NCBI GenBank assembly: GCA_018985225.1
Contig: JADGIF010000222.1
Coordinates: 1 to 13,912 of the forward strand
Direction: 5' to 3'
Length of the DNA stretch: 13,912 bases
Source of the DNA: Amoeboradix gromovi X-113
Lineage: Eukaryota; Fungi; Sanchytriomycota
Position numbers and translations under genes: made by a program. This document shows, one piece after another, positions 1 to 8,398 of this stretch. Each line of letters opens with the position of its first letter. Position 1 is the first letter of the stretch. Below the pieces are notes generated by a model. That model did not search any database. It saw nothing but the letters and a program-made list of their open reading frames with translations, and was not told the DNA's origin.

Positions 1-141
1 ATTAATGATAGCATTTCCTGCGTATGGTGCAACTTTAAAAACGAGTTAGTCTAGTTTTTATATTTGGTGTCCCAAAGGATGACTTACATAGAATACCGTT
101 GTGTTTTAAGAGAGAGATCATTCTATGATTGCAATTCTTAT

Positions 142-1557
142 TTATTTGTTCTTACGAAACTCATTTGCCATTTTATCCATTCCGATAATAAATACAAAAT
201 ATAAAACAAATGGCAGAAATCCCAATAAAGTCCAGTTAAAGATCTGGTAAACAACTTTAAATGGATTATTGTCAGATTGGTACTTCATCAGAGATCTATA
301 AAATGCATTGTAAATTTTATTTCCATGGATGTCATATGAAATAGTCTCTGAATCCAACACTCTATAATGCAGAACCTGAGAATAATCATCCTCCAACGTA
401 CCCTGGAGAGATTTAATTATTCTTCCTTTTAAGTTCTCGAATTTCAAGCTGGAAGATTCTCCGTTCCATTTTTCAACTTTCAAGTGCACAAAGGCTGGAA
501 AGCTGTTCATTGTATACAAAATACCCATGCCGTTATTCAAGTGGCCTAGGAATTCATGGTTCAAGTAAGCCTTAACGCTTGAGTCATATCTTTCACTCAA
601 AAAAGAGTGAGCAAACCATAAAACACAGTGACCGTCGTGAAACAAGACATCAAAAACTGGATCCGAGTGGATGTAGTATGCCAACTTCAGAGTTGGAAGC
701 AGCTTTGATTTCTTATACACAATAATGTCCGAGTTTATTGTTCTCTGTTTTGCATAACCGAGATTTAAGAAATTAAAAATTGTATTTTTACTTGACATCA
801 TCCATTCATCTCTAAATAATAAGATGTCTACAGTATCCAAGTACATGATTGTTTTATCAAAAATAAGCTTATCCAAATGCAAGAGTGGGAACACTTTGGA
901 ATCTAAATAAATTACATTTTCAAAACCCGTTCTCATCATAACCAGTGATTTAACGTCGATTCTGTTGTGCTTTGAAATTTGGTATTTGAGCAACAAATCG
1001 TTTTTTAAATTGATAGCTTTCAAATTACCCAACTGCTCAAGTGCTTCTAAATTGTCAATTGATATTGAGTCCACATGATAAAGCTCAATTGAGATAGAAC
1101 TGTAATCCCTGATATAGCTTACTAAGGCGTACAATTCCAGATAAAATTCGTCTTTTCCGCAAATAATAACACCAGATCCAAACCCAACGGGATTAATGGT
1201 GTCTAAAGACTCGAACCTAAAAGAGCCTTTGTCTTCTTTGCTGTTTTTAAAATATCTATATTCGAAAGTGTTTAAAAGTTCATCAAATTTATGCATGTCT
1301 ATGCTACCACTAAAAACGTGTTTGCGATTCAACTGATCAATTGCTGGTTCATCTTTGTTGAATAGTTCTTTTTTAAAACCGTAGAAATTAGGAACCCCAT
1401 GGTTCTTAAATGTTGGTTTAAACCTTGGCATTTTGCTTATTGGCGACAAGTTTGTATTTTTGCTGATATAACTAGCGTGAAGCATGAAAATAGCACAAGA
1501 TATAAACATAACTACACTGAAATATTTCAAATTGACAGACAGTTTAGTTATTTCCAT
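142..1557 (-). CDS. Alpha-mannosyltransferase-like protein (GT71, Mnn1/Mnn2 family), probably catalytically degenerate; N-terminal and C-terminal TM helices
   Basis: 471 aa from the first ATG (1557; the ORF-track start at 1566 is TTG). N-terminal TM (YFSVVMFISCAIFMLHASYI), then GT71-ordered blocks: GSGVIICG, IRDYSSISIELY, VKSLVMMRTGFENVIYLDSK, LLFRDEW, IIVYKKSK..L.LAYY, LWFA, FVHL. C-terminal hydrophobic helix WTLLGFLPFVLYFVFIIGM. Stop TAA. Confidence 0.78.
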   Translation of the reverse strand: MEITKLSVNLKYFSVVMFISCAIFMLHASYISKNTNLSPISKMPRFKPTFKNHGVPNFYGFKKELFNKDEPAIDQLNRKHVFSGSIDMHKFDELLNTFEYRYFKNSKEDKGSFRFESLDTINPVGFGSGVIICGKDEFYLELYALVSYIRDYSSISIELYHVDSISIDNLEALEQLGNLKAINLKNDLLLKYQISKHNRIDVKSLVMMRTGFENVIYLDSKVFPLLHLDKLIFDKTIMYLDTVDILLFRDEWMMSSKNTIFNFLNLGYAKQRTINSDIIVYKKSKLLPTLKLAYYIHSDPVFDVLFHDGHCVLWFAHSFLSERYDSSVKAYLNHEFLGHLNNGMGILYTMNSFPAFVHLKVEKWNGESSSLKFENLKGRIIKSLQGTLEDDYSQVLHYRVLDSETISYDIHGNKIYNAFYRSLMKYQSDNNPFKVVYQIFNWTLLGFLPFVLYFVFIIGMDKMANEFRKNK

Positions 1558-1799
1558 TGGTTTCAAACAGATACGTCATGCTACATGAAAAATTGGCTTA
1601 AAGGAAATTGGATAATGAAAAGGGAAAAAGATAACATATTAAGTGCCAGTGTCCCATAGAACTCGTGCCTAATACTATAACACAAAAACCTTCTCTGCCC
1701 ATAATTCCGACAATTAATTAGTGTTCACAAGAGGAAACTCGGAAAAGGTGATTTAACAGATCAAAAAGATTTAAAGGAAGTAGCTTAGGTTATTTAATA

Positions 1800-2144
1800 T
1801 TATTTAAGGCTTAAAAATGTGAGAAATTGCGTAACTATTTTGATGGGACCAGTAGGCACAAAAGAAGGGTCTTTAGGCTCTTTAGTAGCACATTGGTGTT
1901 CGTTATTCCTAGCCCCAAAGCAAGAAACTATAACACTGAATTGCTGTTCAATATGTTTACTCTATAAAATAGGTGTAATTTCCGCGTAAACTTTTTTATC
2001 TTTTTGAGAAAGCTGCTTTAGTGCGCTAGTTTAACTTTGGACAGTATCTAAAATACATTATCTAAATATATAATGAGTAAGATTTGCACTTGTTTCTAGT
2101 AAGCATATAAAACGTGTTGCACTAACAATATAGGCGAATGGTGG
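1800..2144 (-). pseudogene. Possible HMG-box gene relic (copy A)
   Basis: Manual translation across frames: PPFAYIV (from 2144) ... LSKVKLAH*[1-nt shift]KQLSQKDKKVYAEITPIL*SKHI. This resembles the HMG consensus PPxAY...ISKxxxxxWKxLSxxEKxxY, with TAA at the Trp position (2020-2018). Assigned by eye only. Confidence 0.25.
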
Positions 2145-2246
2145 TAATATACTGATAGTGTTTAAGGAGTTTCGCCATGTAAGAGAAATACAATATGGCC
2201 TATGTACTCTTAAAAATTTAAAAAATAAGCCACTTAAAGCTTTTGA

Positions 2247-3329
2247 ATGTTGGCGCGTTTTTCATTTTCTTATTTCATATTTGGACTAATCATAGCTTCC
2301 TCAGTTGACTGTCCAAATGTTATTGAGTTTGCAAGAGGTTTAAATATGAAGTCTAGCGCTCCAGAATTGTTTAGTGATATTGAAATAGACTGCTGTGAAG
2401 GCTACGGTGTCACCTGTGATAAGGGGCGTGTAATTGAAATTGTGTGGTATTCAATTTCATTGAATGGAACTATGAAGGGAAAGTACTTACCGTCCAGCTT
2501 GGTAAGTTTACTTTTGGAAAATAACAAAATCACAGGCAAAATACCGTCCAAACTACCGATTACTTTAAAGTATTTTGATGTGTCGGGAAACGGAATTACA
2601 GGTCCAATACCAACAGAATTACCTCTGAACCTAGTTTACTTGGACTTGGGAGCCAATAAAATCTCGGATACAATTCCAAAGATGCTGCCAAACAGTTTAA
2701 CTACGCTATCATTATGGAGCAATACTATAAATGGCACTATCCCAGATCCTCTACCACCAAACCTTATCGAGCTGATCCTCAATGGTAACAAGATGTCAGG
2801 AGACGTACCTAGGCTACCAAAGTCTCTTATTTCAATAAATTTAGGATTTCCGAAACAAAATGGAATCATTAAACCCCATTTTACCGGAGTGATAGAGCTC
2901 TATAGACCTATTGACGTCAGAATAAACAATAACTACATTACAGACATTATTATTCAGGATACCAGTCACCTAAAGCAATGCGACTTGTCCCAAAATCCAT
3001 TGCTGGGAAATCCAAATATTGCGCTTTTAAAAATGTGTATTATGACTGGATTATACGAAGCAAATACGCTACCAAAGACTGCATCTGCTACACCGCTAAA
3101 CACTGTGTCTGCAACCAAGATTAGTGAGTCTCAGCCTACAAGTCTTCCGGATGCCAATGAGCACTACAGATCTATGAACTTCAACGACGCTGTGATTATC
3201 AGTATTGCGGCTTTTCTGCTTGTTGCATTGGGATTGATGTTCAGGAAAAGAAGACAAAATTACACTGAGGTACAGGCATTTCTATACAGAGAAAGAAATG
3301 AATCGAAAGACGAACTAGTTCTTAAGTAA
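2247..3329 (+). CDS. Leucine-rich repeat receptor-like protein (signal peptide, Cys cap, LRRs, S/T-rich stalk, single TM, short cytoplasmic tail)
   Basis: 360-aa ORF with a hydrophobic N-terminus and a cap CCEGYGVTCDKGRVIEIVW. About 5 22-aa repeats LPxxLxxLxLxxNxIxGxIP, stalk KTASATPLNTVSATKISESQPTS, TM AVIISIAAFLLVALGLMF followed by the RKRR stop-transfer cluster. Confidence 0.9.
   Translation: MLARFSFSYFIFGLIIASSVDCPNVIEFARGLNMKSSAPELFSDIEIDCCEGYGVTCDKGRVIEIVWYSISLNGTMKGKYLPSSLVSLLLENNKITGKIPSKLPITLKYFDVSGNGITGPIPTELPLNLVYLDLGANKISDTIPKMLPNSLTTLSLWSNTINGTIPDPLPPNLIELILNGNKMSGDVPRLPKSLISINLGFPKQNGIIKPHFTGVIELYRPIDVRINNNYITDIIIQDTSHLKQCDLSQNPLLGNPNIALLKMCIMTGLYEANTLPKTASATPLNTVSATKISESQPTSLPDANEHYRSMNFNDAVIISIAAFLLVALGLMFRKRRQNYTEVQAFLYRERNESKDELVLK
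2487..2835 (+). repeat. Coding LRR tandem array, ~66-nt (22-aa) period
   Basis: LPSSLVSLLLENNKITGKIPSK / LPITLKYFDVSGNGITGPIPTE / LPLNLVYLDLGANKISDTIPKM / LPNSLTTLSLWSNTINGTIPDP / LPPNLIELILNGNKMSGDVPR / LPKSL. Confidence 0.85.
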
Positions 3330-3407
3330 TATGTTAGTAAATGTTTTAATATAACCTAAATTTCGCACTTTCTTATTTTCAGACGCTTCCTGTTAGGTCA
3401 TATCAGC

Positions 3408-3749
3408 ATGAATAAAATTTCGATTCCTGAAAACATGAATTCCATTCTTATGGAGTATGCCCTAAATGTCATCAAGGAGCAACCACTAGATATTAATTTA
3501 TGGAGTGCTTCGTATTTTGAAAATCTCAATGGTGATTATGCCTCAATATTTTGTAGTCATATCAAGGATTGGAACACTTTAATAGATTTGCCAGATTTGC
3601 TAGCGATTTTCAGAAACAAAGAGCTACAAAATCACATTACAAAAGAAACATGCTCTTCGAACAAAGAATACCTTCAACATATCTTGAACTATCAACATTT
3701 TCCTCACAAATTATCTGTAGAGGAGTATTTAACTCATAAGAAAAAGTAA
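3408..3749 (+). CDS. RIIa dimerization/docking (D/D) domain protein, ropporin/radial-spoke RSP11-like
   Basis: The N-terminus ISIPENMNSILMEYALNVIKEQPLDINLWSASYFENL fits the RIIa D/D pattern IPxxLxxILxxFxxxxIxxQPxDxxxWxAxYFxxL. No cyclic-nucleotide-binding domains follow (113 aa). Confidence 0.75.
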   Translation: MNKISIPENMNSILMEYALNVIKEQPLDINLWSASYFENLNGDYASIFCSHIKDWNTLIDLPDLLAIFRNKELQNHITKETCSSNKEYLQHILNYQHFPHKLSVEEYLTHKKK

Positions 3750-3761
3750 ATAACTTATGAA

Positions 3762-4604
3762 TTATTTTATTTTACTTAACGCTACCTTTTCCTCAAACAG
3801 CCAATAGCTGTACCAGTATTTAGCGACAAATACAGTACTTAAATGCCATAGTGCATGTGCATCAAGGTATCCGATTAATGCAAAATCCATCCACTCTAAA
3901 GCTCCCAGACATATTAGCGTAAAAATTGAAGCCAAGCCAATCTTAATGGCGTGTGGTTTGCGCACGATGAATCCATTTATGAACCAAACTAAGCTGTGAA
4001 CTGCACCTATAATTGAGAACACAAGCATATGTAATCCATAATCTAACCCTGTACGATTTAGCTGAAAATTTACATAAAAAGAGTAAATTAGAATAAATAC
4101 AGGCAATATAATGCGGTTAAGTTTAAATAAATATATCAATATTATATAAATTCCATAAATCACAACAAAACCAGCAGAAAAGTAGTCTAATCGCTCTGTC
4201 AAATTGTTGGATATTGTGTGCAGGGACATGGAAGCTAACCAGGTTATCAGGTTAAGAATTATGAATATGTTGAGGTCCCTTCCGTATTTCCATTTATTAT
4301 TGAAGATGTTGAAATATCTCAAATGGACTATCAGATTTAAGAAACTGAAAAGCGTACTCATAGGTTCCTGTATCATCCATATCCTATAAAATGGCCATTT
4401 CCCATAATATTGCTCAATCGGTTCGTTTTTTGATTGTTTCTGATGAACTATGGACCACATACATTCATAATCACAAACCTCTCTTTTATTCCACAACAAA
4501 ATTGTTTGCTTTTCTTGCTCCATGCATCTTGATACGCAAAATTGGAAAAGCCCTTCATTATCACCTTTGGATGACATCACAAGTTGGCTAAGTGCAAAAA
4601 TCAT
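3762..4604 (-). CDS. PER1: Per1/PGAP3-family GPI lipid-remodelling protein (CREST superfamily)
   Basis: 280 aa from ATG 4604 (the track start is TTG). SxGD...F..C...C, CDYECM, QYYGKWPFYRIWMIQEPMSTLFSFLN, SxxxH (SMSLH), ERLDYFSA, DAHALWHLST; multiple TM helices. Confidence 0.93.
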   Translation of the reverse strand: MIFALSQLVMSSKGDNEGLFQFCVSRCMEQEKQTILLWNKREVCDYECMWSIVHQKQSKNEPIEQYYGKWPFYRIWMIQEPMSTLFSFLNLIVHLRYFNIFNNKWKYGRDLNIFIILNLITWLASMSLHTISNNLTERLDYFSAGFVVIYGIYIILIYLFKLNRIILPVFILIYSFYVNFQLNRTGLDYGLHMLVFSIIGAVHSLVWFINGFIVRKPHAIKIGLASIFTLICLGALEWMDFALIGYLDAHALWHLSTVFVAKYWYSYWLFEEKVALSKIK

Positions 4605-5374
4605 CAAAACAAAGTTTAGAAATACAATTGGAACATTCTCTGTGAAATTGAAGTAAATATGGCTCTGAATGAGATGTTATTTGAGAAGAAAAACCAGTGA
4701 TAAGAAGCATACGCTACACCTTTTCTTCTAGCAGGTACTGCTTGTTTTAAGAAACGAGATGAGCCCAGTAAGAGTTACTGACACTTCGCAATTTAAACAA
4801 AACACGTATTTTACTTAAATAATCAATGCTTAGCTTCCCCAATCGTACTGGAGCATAATACCATTGAGTACAAAAACGCTATAGGTGTGAATGGTGCCAC
4901 AAATTATAGCAAGGCGTCGTAGAGTAGAATGGTGAATTGAAGTCTATAGAACCAGGTTTAATATGAGACGCTTTTATATAAATACAAGAGAAATGTAATT
5001 AGCTAATCAAATATCAATAAAAGATAAAAACCTGAACAGCTAGAAAATCAAGAGTTTCATAGAAAGTCACGAACAACGTTTCTCTCTTATCTACAGCACT
5101 TATGTGGGATTGAGTAAAGGCCCACAGATTTCAAGTGTTTGCTGAAATAACTTAGACGTTTGTAATATATGTGACAAGCCGACATTGCGTTTTCATTGAA
5201 ATACAGAAATCTAAAAGGAGAGCATGCCTGAGCGGCAGAAATTCAGTGGTGAAAACAAATGATTTATTCTATTAATTTCAATTCGATTACTGTTTAAAAA
5301 ATTAAAGTATGAGAATAGAAGGTTAAATTTTATTTTATTTCACCATGGATATTACTCCTTTTAATTAGAATTAG

Positions 5375-5590
5375 TTGATCTACTTTTTATATTTGACTAC
5401 GTAAAATTATCTAATCTGACTGGTTTGGGATACTTGTTTCGGATTTTGCATTTGATCGAATGAAAATATCCCAATTGATTGTTTGGGTATGGTAGGTCTT
5501 GTTTTTATATTCGAAATACAATAAAATCTTCAAATTGATTTATCTCGAAATTACTTGCATAGTATTGGTCTATTTTTATATTTGGTGTCC
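5375..5590 (-). repeat. Degenerate tandem repeat with CRAATATAAAAA-like unit heads; spacings 71/59/59 nt
   Basis: Minus-strand unit starts at 5584 (caaatataaaaatagacc), 5513 (cgaatataaaaacaagacc), 5454 (caaatgcaaaatccg) and 5395 (caaatataaaaagtagatc). The two 59-nt units align ungapped at roughly 60% identity by hand count. Confidence 0.45.
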
Positions 5591-5921
5591 GATATTTTAT
5601 TTAAACTCCGCCAATGTGTCTCCTCGTTCAATTATCTCAAGCAGTCACAAGTTCCAAAAGGTTATAAACAAAATAAATCAGATCTTCTACTCATAAATAA
5701 TCTTTGACAAATGGTAAAAGACTAAGTTGGTAGGGAGGAATGATAGTAAAAACATTTACCTGATCTCTAGGCGACATAACACGGTCTAACATCTATAAAA
5801 AAAATTTCTTGTTTTTATATTGTATACAACTAGCGCATTGTAAGTTTTTAAAAGCACGACTAGCAATTTCAACGTTCGGCTCCTGAATTTCTACATGATT
5901 TAATGAAATAGAAACAGTTTA

Positions 5922-7077
5922 TTAATTACGCACAGCTCCAATATGGTTACTTTTTAATATCCTGTGTATAAAAGATCTATCTCTTCTTTTGAATTTCCTA
6001 AATTTGGATGTGCTACTATGCGGGGGCTCTTCATTCGGTGGCGATATCCCGATTTCTGGATCGCTCTTCTAAATTAGTACTTATTACTTCTGGTAAATCA
6101 TCTCTTTCGGCTGGGAATTCTGAAACCCCTCGCAACCCTTCAGTGGTCATCATAGAATTTGTTTCTAACATTTCCTTTTCCCAATCCCATGTTATATCTG
6201 CTGACTCATTGGTGTCAAGAAACATGCTATCAAAAAGGGATGTTATGTACTCATAGTTAGGCTCAGAGAAGTAATCTAGTGTCCTCAAATACTTCAACAA
6301 TAAAAGAGTCTGCTCTGGCAATCCTAAGAGTAACTGAGAACTAGTTAAAACCTTTTTCATCTCCCCTATTTTCTCTTTGTCCTTTTCTTTTCTCCATGGC
6401 AGTTGACCCTTCATGAATTCAACCATGACATAAAATAAAGACCATAAATCATCTATCCTACTCAGGTCTTTGCTTTCATGTGCTTGAATAGAGGCATATC
6501 TAGCAGTACCTCTAAACCCAGCGTCGCTTCTAGGAGTTTTAATAGTTCCATCGGATTTTATTAAACGCCTGGCCAAACCAAAATCCAATAAAATAATACG
6601 AGAACGAGGGGATTGTCTATATCTATCTACAGCAAAATTAGAAGGTTTAATATCACGATGCACATATCCTGCTGAGTGAAAATCTCGAATTGCCAAAAGC
6701 ATTTCTTTTAAAAGAAGAGAACAAGTTGGAAGTGAAAACTTTTGCGTAGGTTGTTTCTTTCTAATATCGCTGAGGTTTTGACCTACCAAATTCATAACCA
6801 TATACTGATAATATTTGCCGTTATATTCAAAGTTACCGTAACCTATTAATTTCAGAAAATATGGGCTGTTCATATCTTGCAGTTTTTTCAAAATCTGTGT
6901 CTCTACCTTCAGAACTTGTTTTTTAGTGCTCGGTGGTTCTATTTTTACAGCGTATTCGTCGTGGTTTTGAGTAGCTCTATATATTTGACCAAAAGCGCCT
7001 TTTCCTAATATTTCTTTTAAGTCATAATTAGGGAGTGCATTTGATGGTAATTCTGTGTCTGGAGGAATAGTGACCAT
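5922..7077 (-). CDS. TTBK: Tau-tubulin kinase-like Ser/Thr kinase (CK1 group); proposed join(7077..6088, 6068..5922), 378 aa; the unspliced form ends at TGA 6031 (348 aa)
   Basis: GKGAFGQIY, AVKIE, KQVLKVE, VGQNLSDIRK, HRDIKPSNFA, LLDFGLARR, PRSDAGFRGTARYAS, DDLWSLFY..VEFMKGQLPWRK..DKE.IG.MK are TTBK-subfamily motifs. First ATG is at 7077 (the track start at 7116 is TTG). The kinase call is firm; the 3' exon depends on the tiny intron. Confidence 0.92.
6069..6087 (-). other. Candidate 19-nt GT-AG spliceosomal intron
   Basis: Minus strand GAA|GTAATAAGTACTAATTTAG|AAG: GTAA donor, TACTAAT branch-point-like motif with A at -6, TAG acceptor. Removal gives an open 48-codon extension ending TAA within TAATAAA. 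Confidence 0.6.
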
Positions 7078-7197
7078 GCGCTTAATATAGTTTTTTACTT
7101 TTTCTAAAATTTTCAAGGCCTATTCGCTTGAAACTTTAATGAGACGTGTTCAGTAACGAATAAATGAGTTGCGCCTCGACAAAATGTTGGCAATTAG

Positions 7198-7480
7198 AGT
7201 GTGACTAGCTATAAAAACTGGTGTTTTAGCATTGGAATGTATACTCCATTGAGTTGCTCCAAATTAAAAGCCCTGATTTGTAAGAATATCAAGAGTTTCC
7301 CATAGATACTGGCGAAGACTTACAATTGATGATAAGAAAAAGTATGGGGTTTTTATGCCATTGGAAATGTCTGCAAAAAGAATCGTTGCTGCAACAGGAA
7401 GTCGCCTAATCGCGAAAATGCTTTATGCAGTCGAAATCGATATCTGTAAGAAATTGAAACGTACAACCATGTTTTTTTAG
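7198..7480 (+). pseudogene. Possible HMG-box gene relic (copy B)
   Basis: SVTSYKNWC (7198-), KSPD in a second frame, then the open frame 7277-7480 FVRISRVSHRYWRRLTIDDKKKYGVFMPLEMSAKRI..., which resembles HMG helices 2-3 (ISKxxxxxWKxLSxxEKxxY). No upstream in-frame ATG. Confidence 0.3.
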
Positions 7481-7862
7481 TTATTTTATCAAACACACGT
7501 TAAGCATTTCCAAGCAGCTCATCATACGCCATATTTTCATAATGAATAATTATTTAAGGGATGTAGTTACTAACAAAAGGCTATTAACGCTTGTTTCTCT
7601 ATCTATAACCCACGTAAGAGTAGCATAAGAGATTAGAAAAGCATGAATGCATCGCTAGTTTCCAGGGTAGCTAAATAGGCTCCAATGTGCTTTGTTTTCA
7701 TTTAGCAGATAACATTTTTGGTAGCGTATGATCCAATCTAAGCAAGGATAGAAGTCCAGATATATTGATCTCGAATGCATCTTGATACGAGCCTGAACTA
7801 CACCAGGGAGCTCTTTAATTGATAGTGAATGCTACTATATTTCTTAAATTAAATATGGCGGT

Positions 7863-8398
7863 TTAAATTGCTTCAAGGACTTCTTTTCCAGATTCCGATG
7901 CTAAGTAGTGCATTTCAAACTGGATTTGTTATCTTTTGGCATCAAATTTCATCTTAATACCTAAATCTCTGAGAACCTTCGTTTAAAGTTCTAGTTTTCT
8001 TGAAATTCAAGAATTTCTAAAGAGAAACAAACATTTTTAGTCGATCACTTACAGTGGAAGCTCATGCTTCTATCTTGAGGTGGATTGAATCGACTTCTAG
8101 TAACTTCAATATTTCTGGGTCTAAAGAGGCTCCCGAAAAAAGCGCTAGTCTGTCGTACAATAGCCTATTTTGTTTGTTGGACGAGATTCTAGCAGATCAA
8201 ACGATCCTCTTTGAGTAAGATGCGGAATATCGAGTGATTCTTGAACTTTTCGCAAGTTATGGGTAAATCTCTTTCCTGGCCTCGAGAGACCACATATTGT
8301 ATCATTCTAGGACCAGTTTCTGAGTATATGACAGTATTCTCTGCATCTTCTCGTAATTTATTTATACTTGAAATATTCCGGATAAGGTTCTGAGCCAT
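7863..8398 (-). pseudogene. Interrupted coding-like sequence of unknown family
   Basis: ATG 8398 in aaaATGG context opens 69 aa, followed by protein-like segments in other frames (RLLYDRLALFSGASLDPEILKLLEV; KVLRDLGIKMKFDAKR*QIQFEMHYLASESGKEVLEAI*). No family recognised. Confidence 0.2.

Noticed and set aside
1399-1659. 86-aa + strand ORF
   Set aside because: Antisense shadow of the GT71 5' end; no motif.
2636-2869. 77-aa - strand ORF
   Set aside because: Antisense to the LRR gene.
4204-4591. Two short + strand ORFs (61 and 66 aa)
   Set aside because: Antisense to PER1.
5375-5590. CRISPR-like interpretation of the spaced repeat heads
   Set aside because: Units are degenerate along their whole length, the context is eukaryotic, and there are no cas genes.
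5499-5696. 65-aa + strand ORF
   Set aside because: TTG start, low-complexity AT-rich translation overlapping the degenerate repeat.
6008-6256. 82-aa + strand ORF
   Set aside because: Antisense to the TTBK 3' end.
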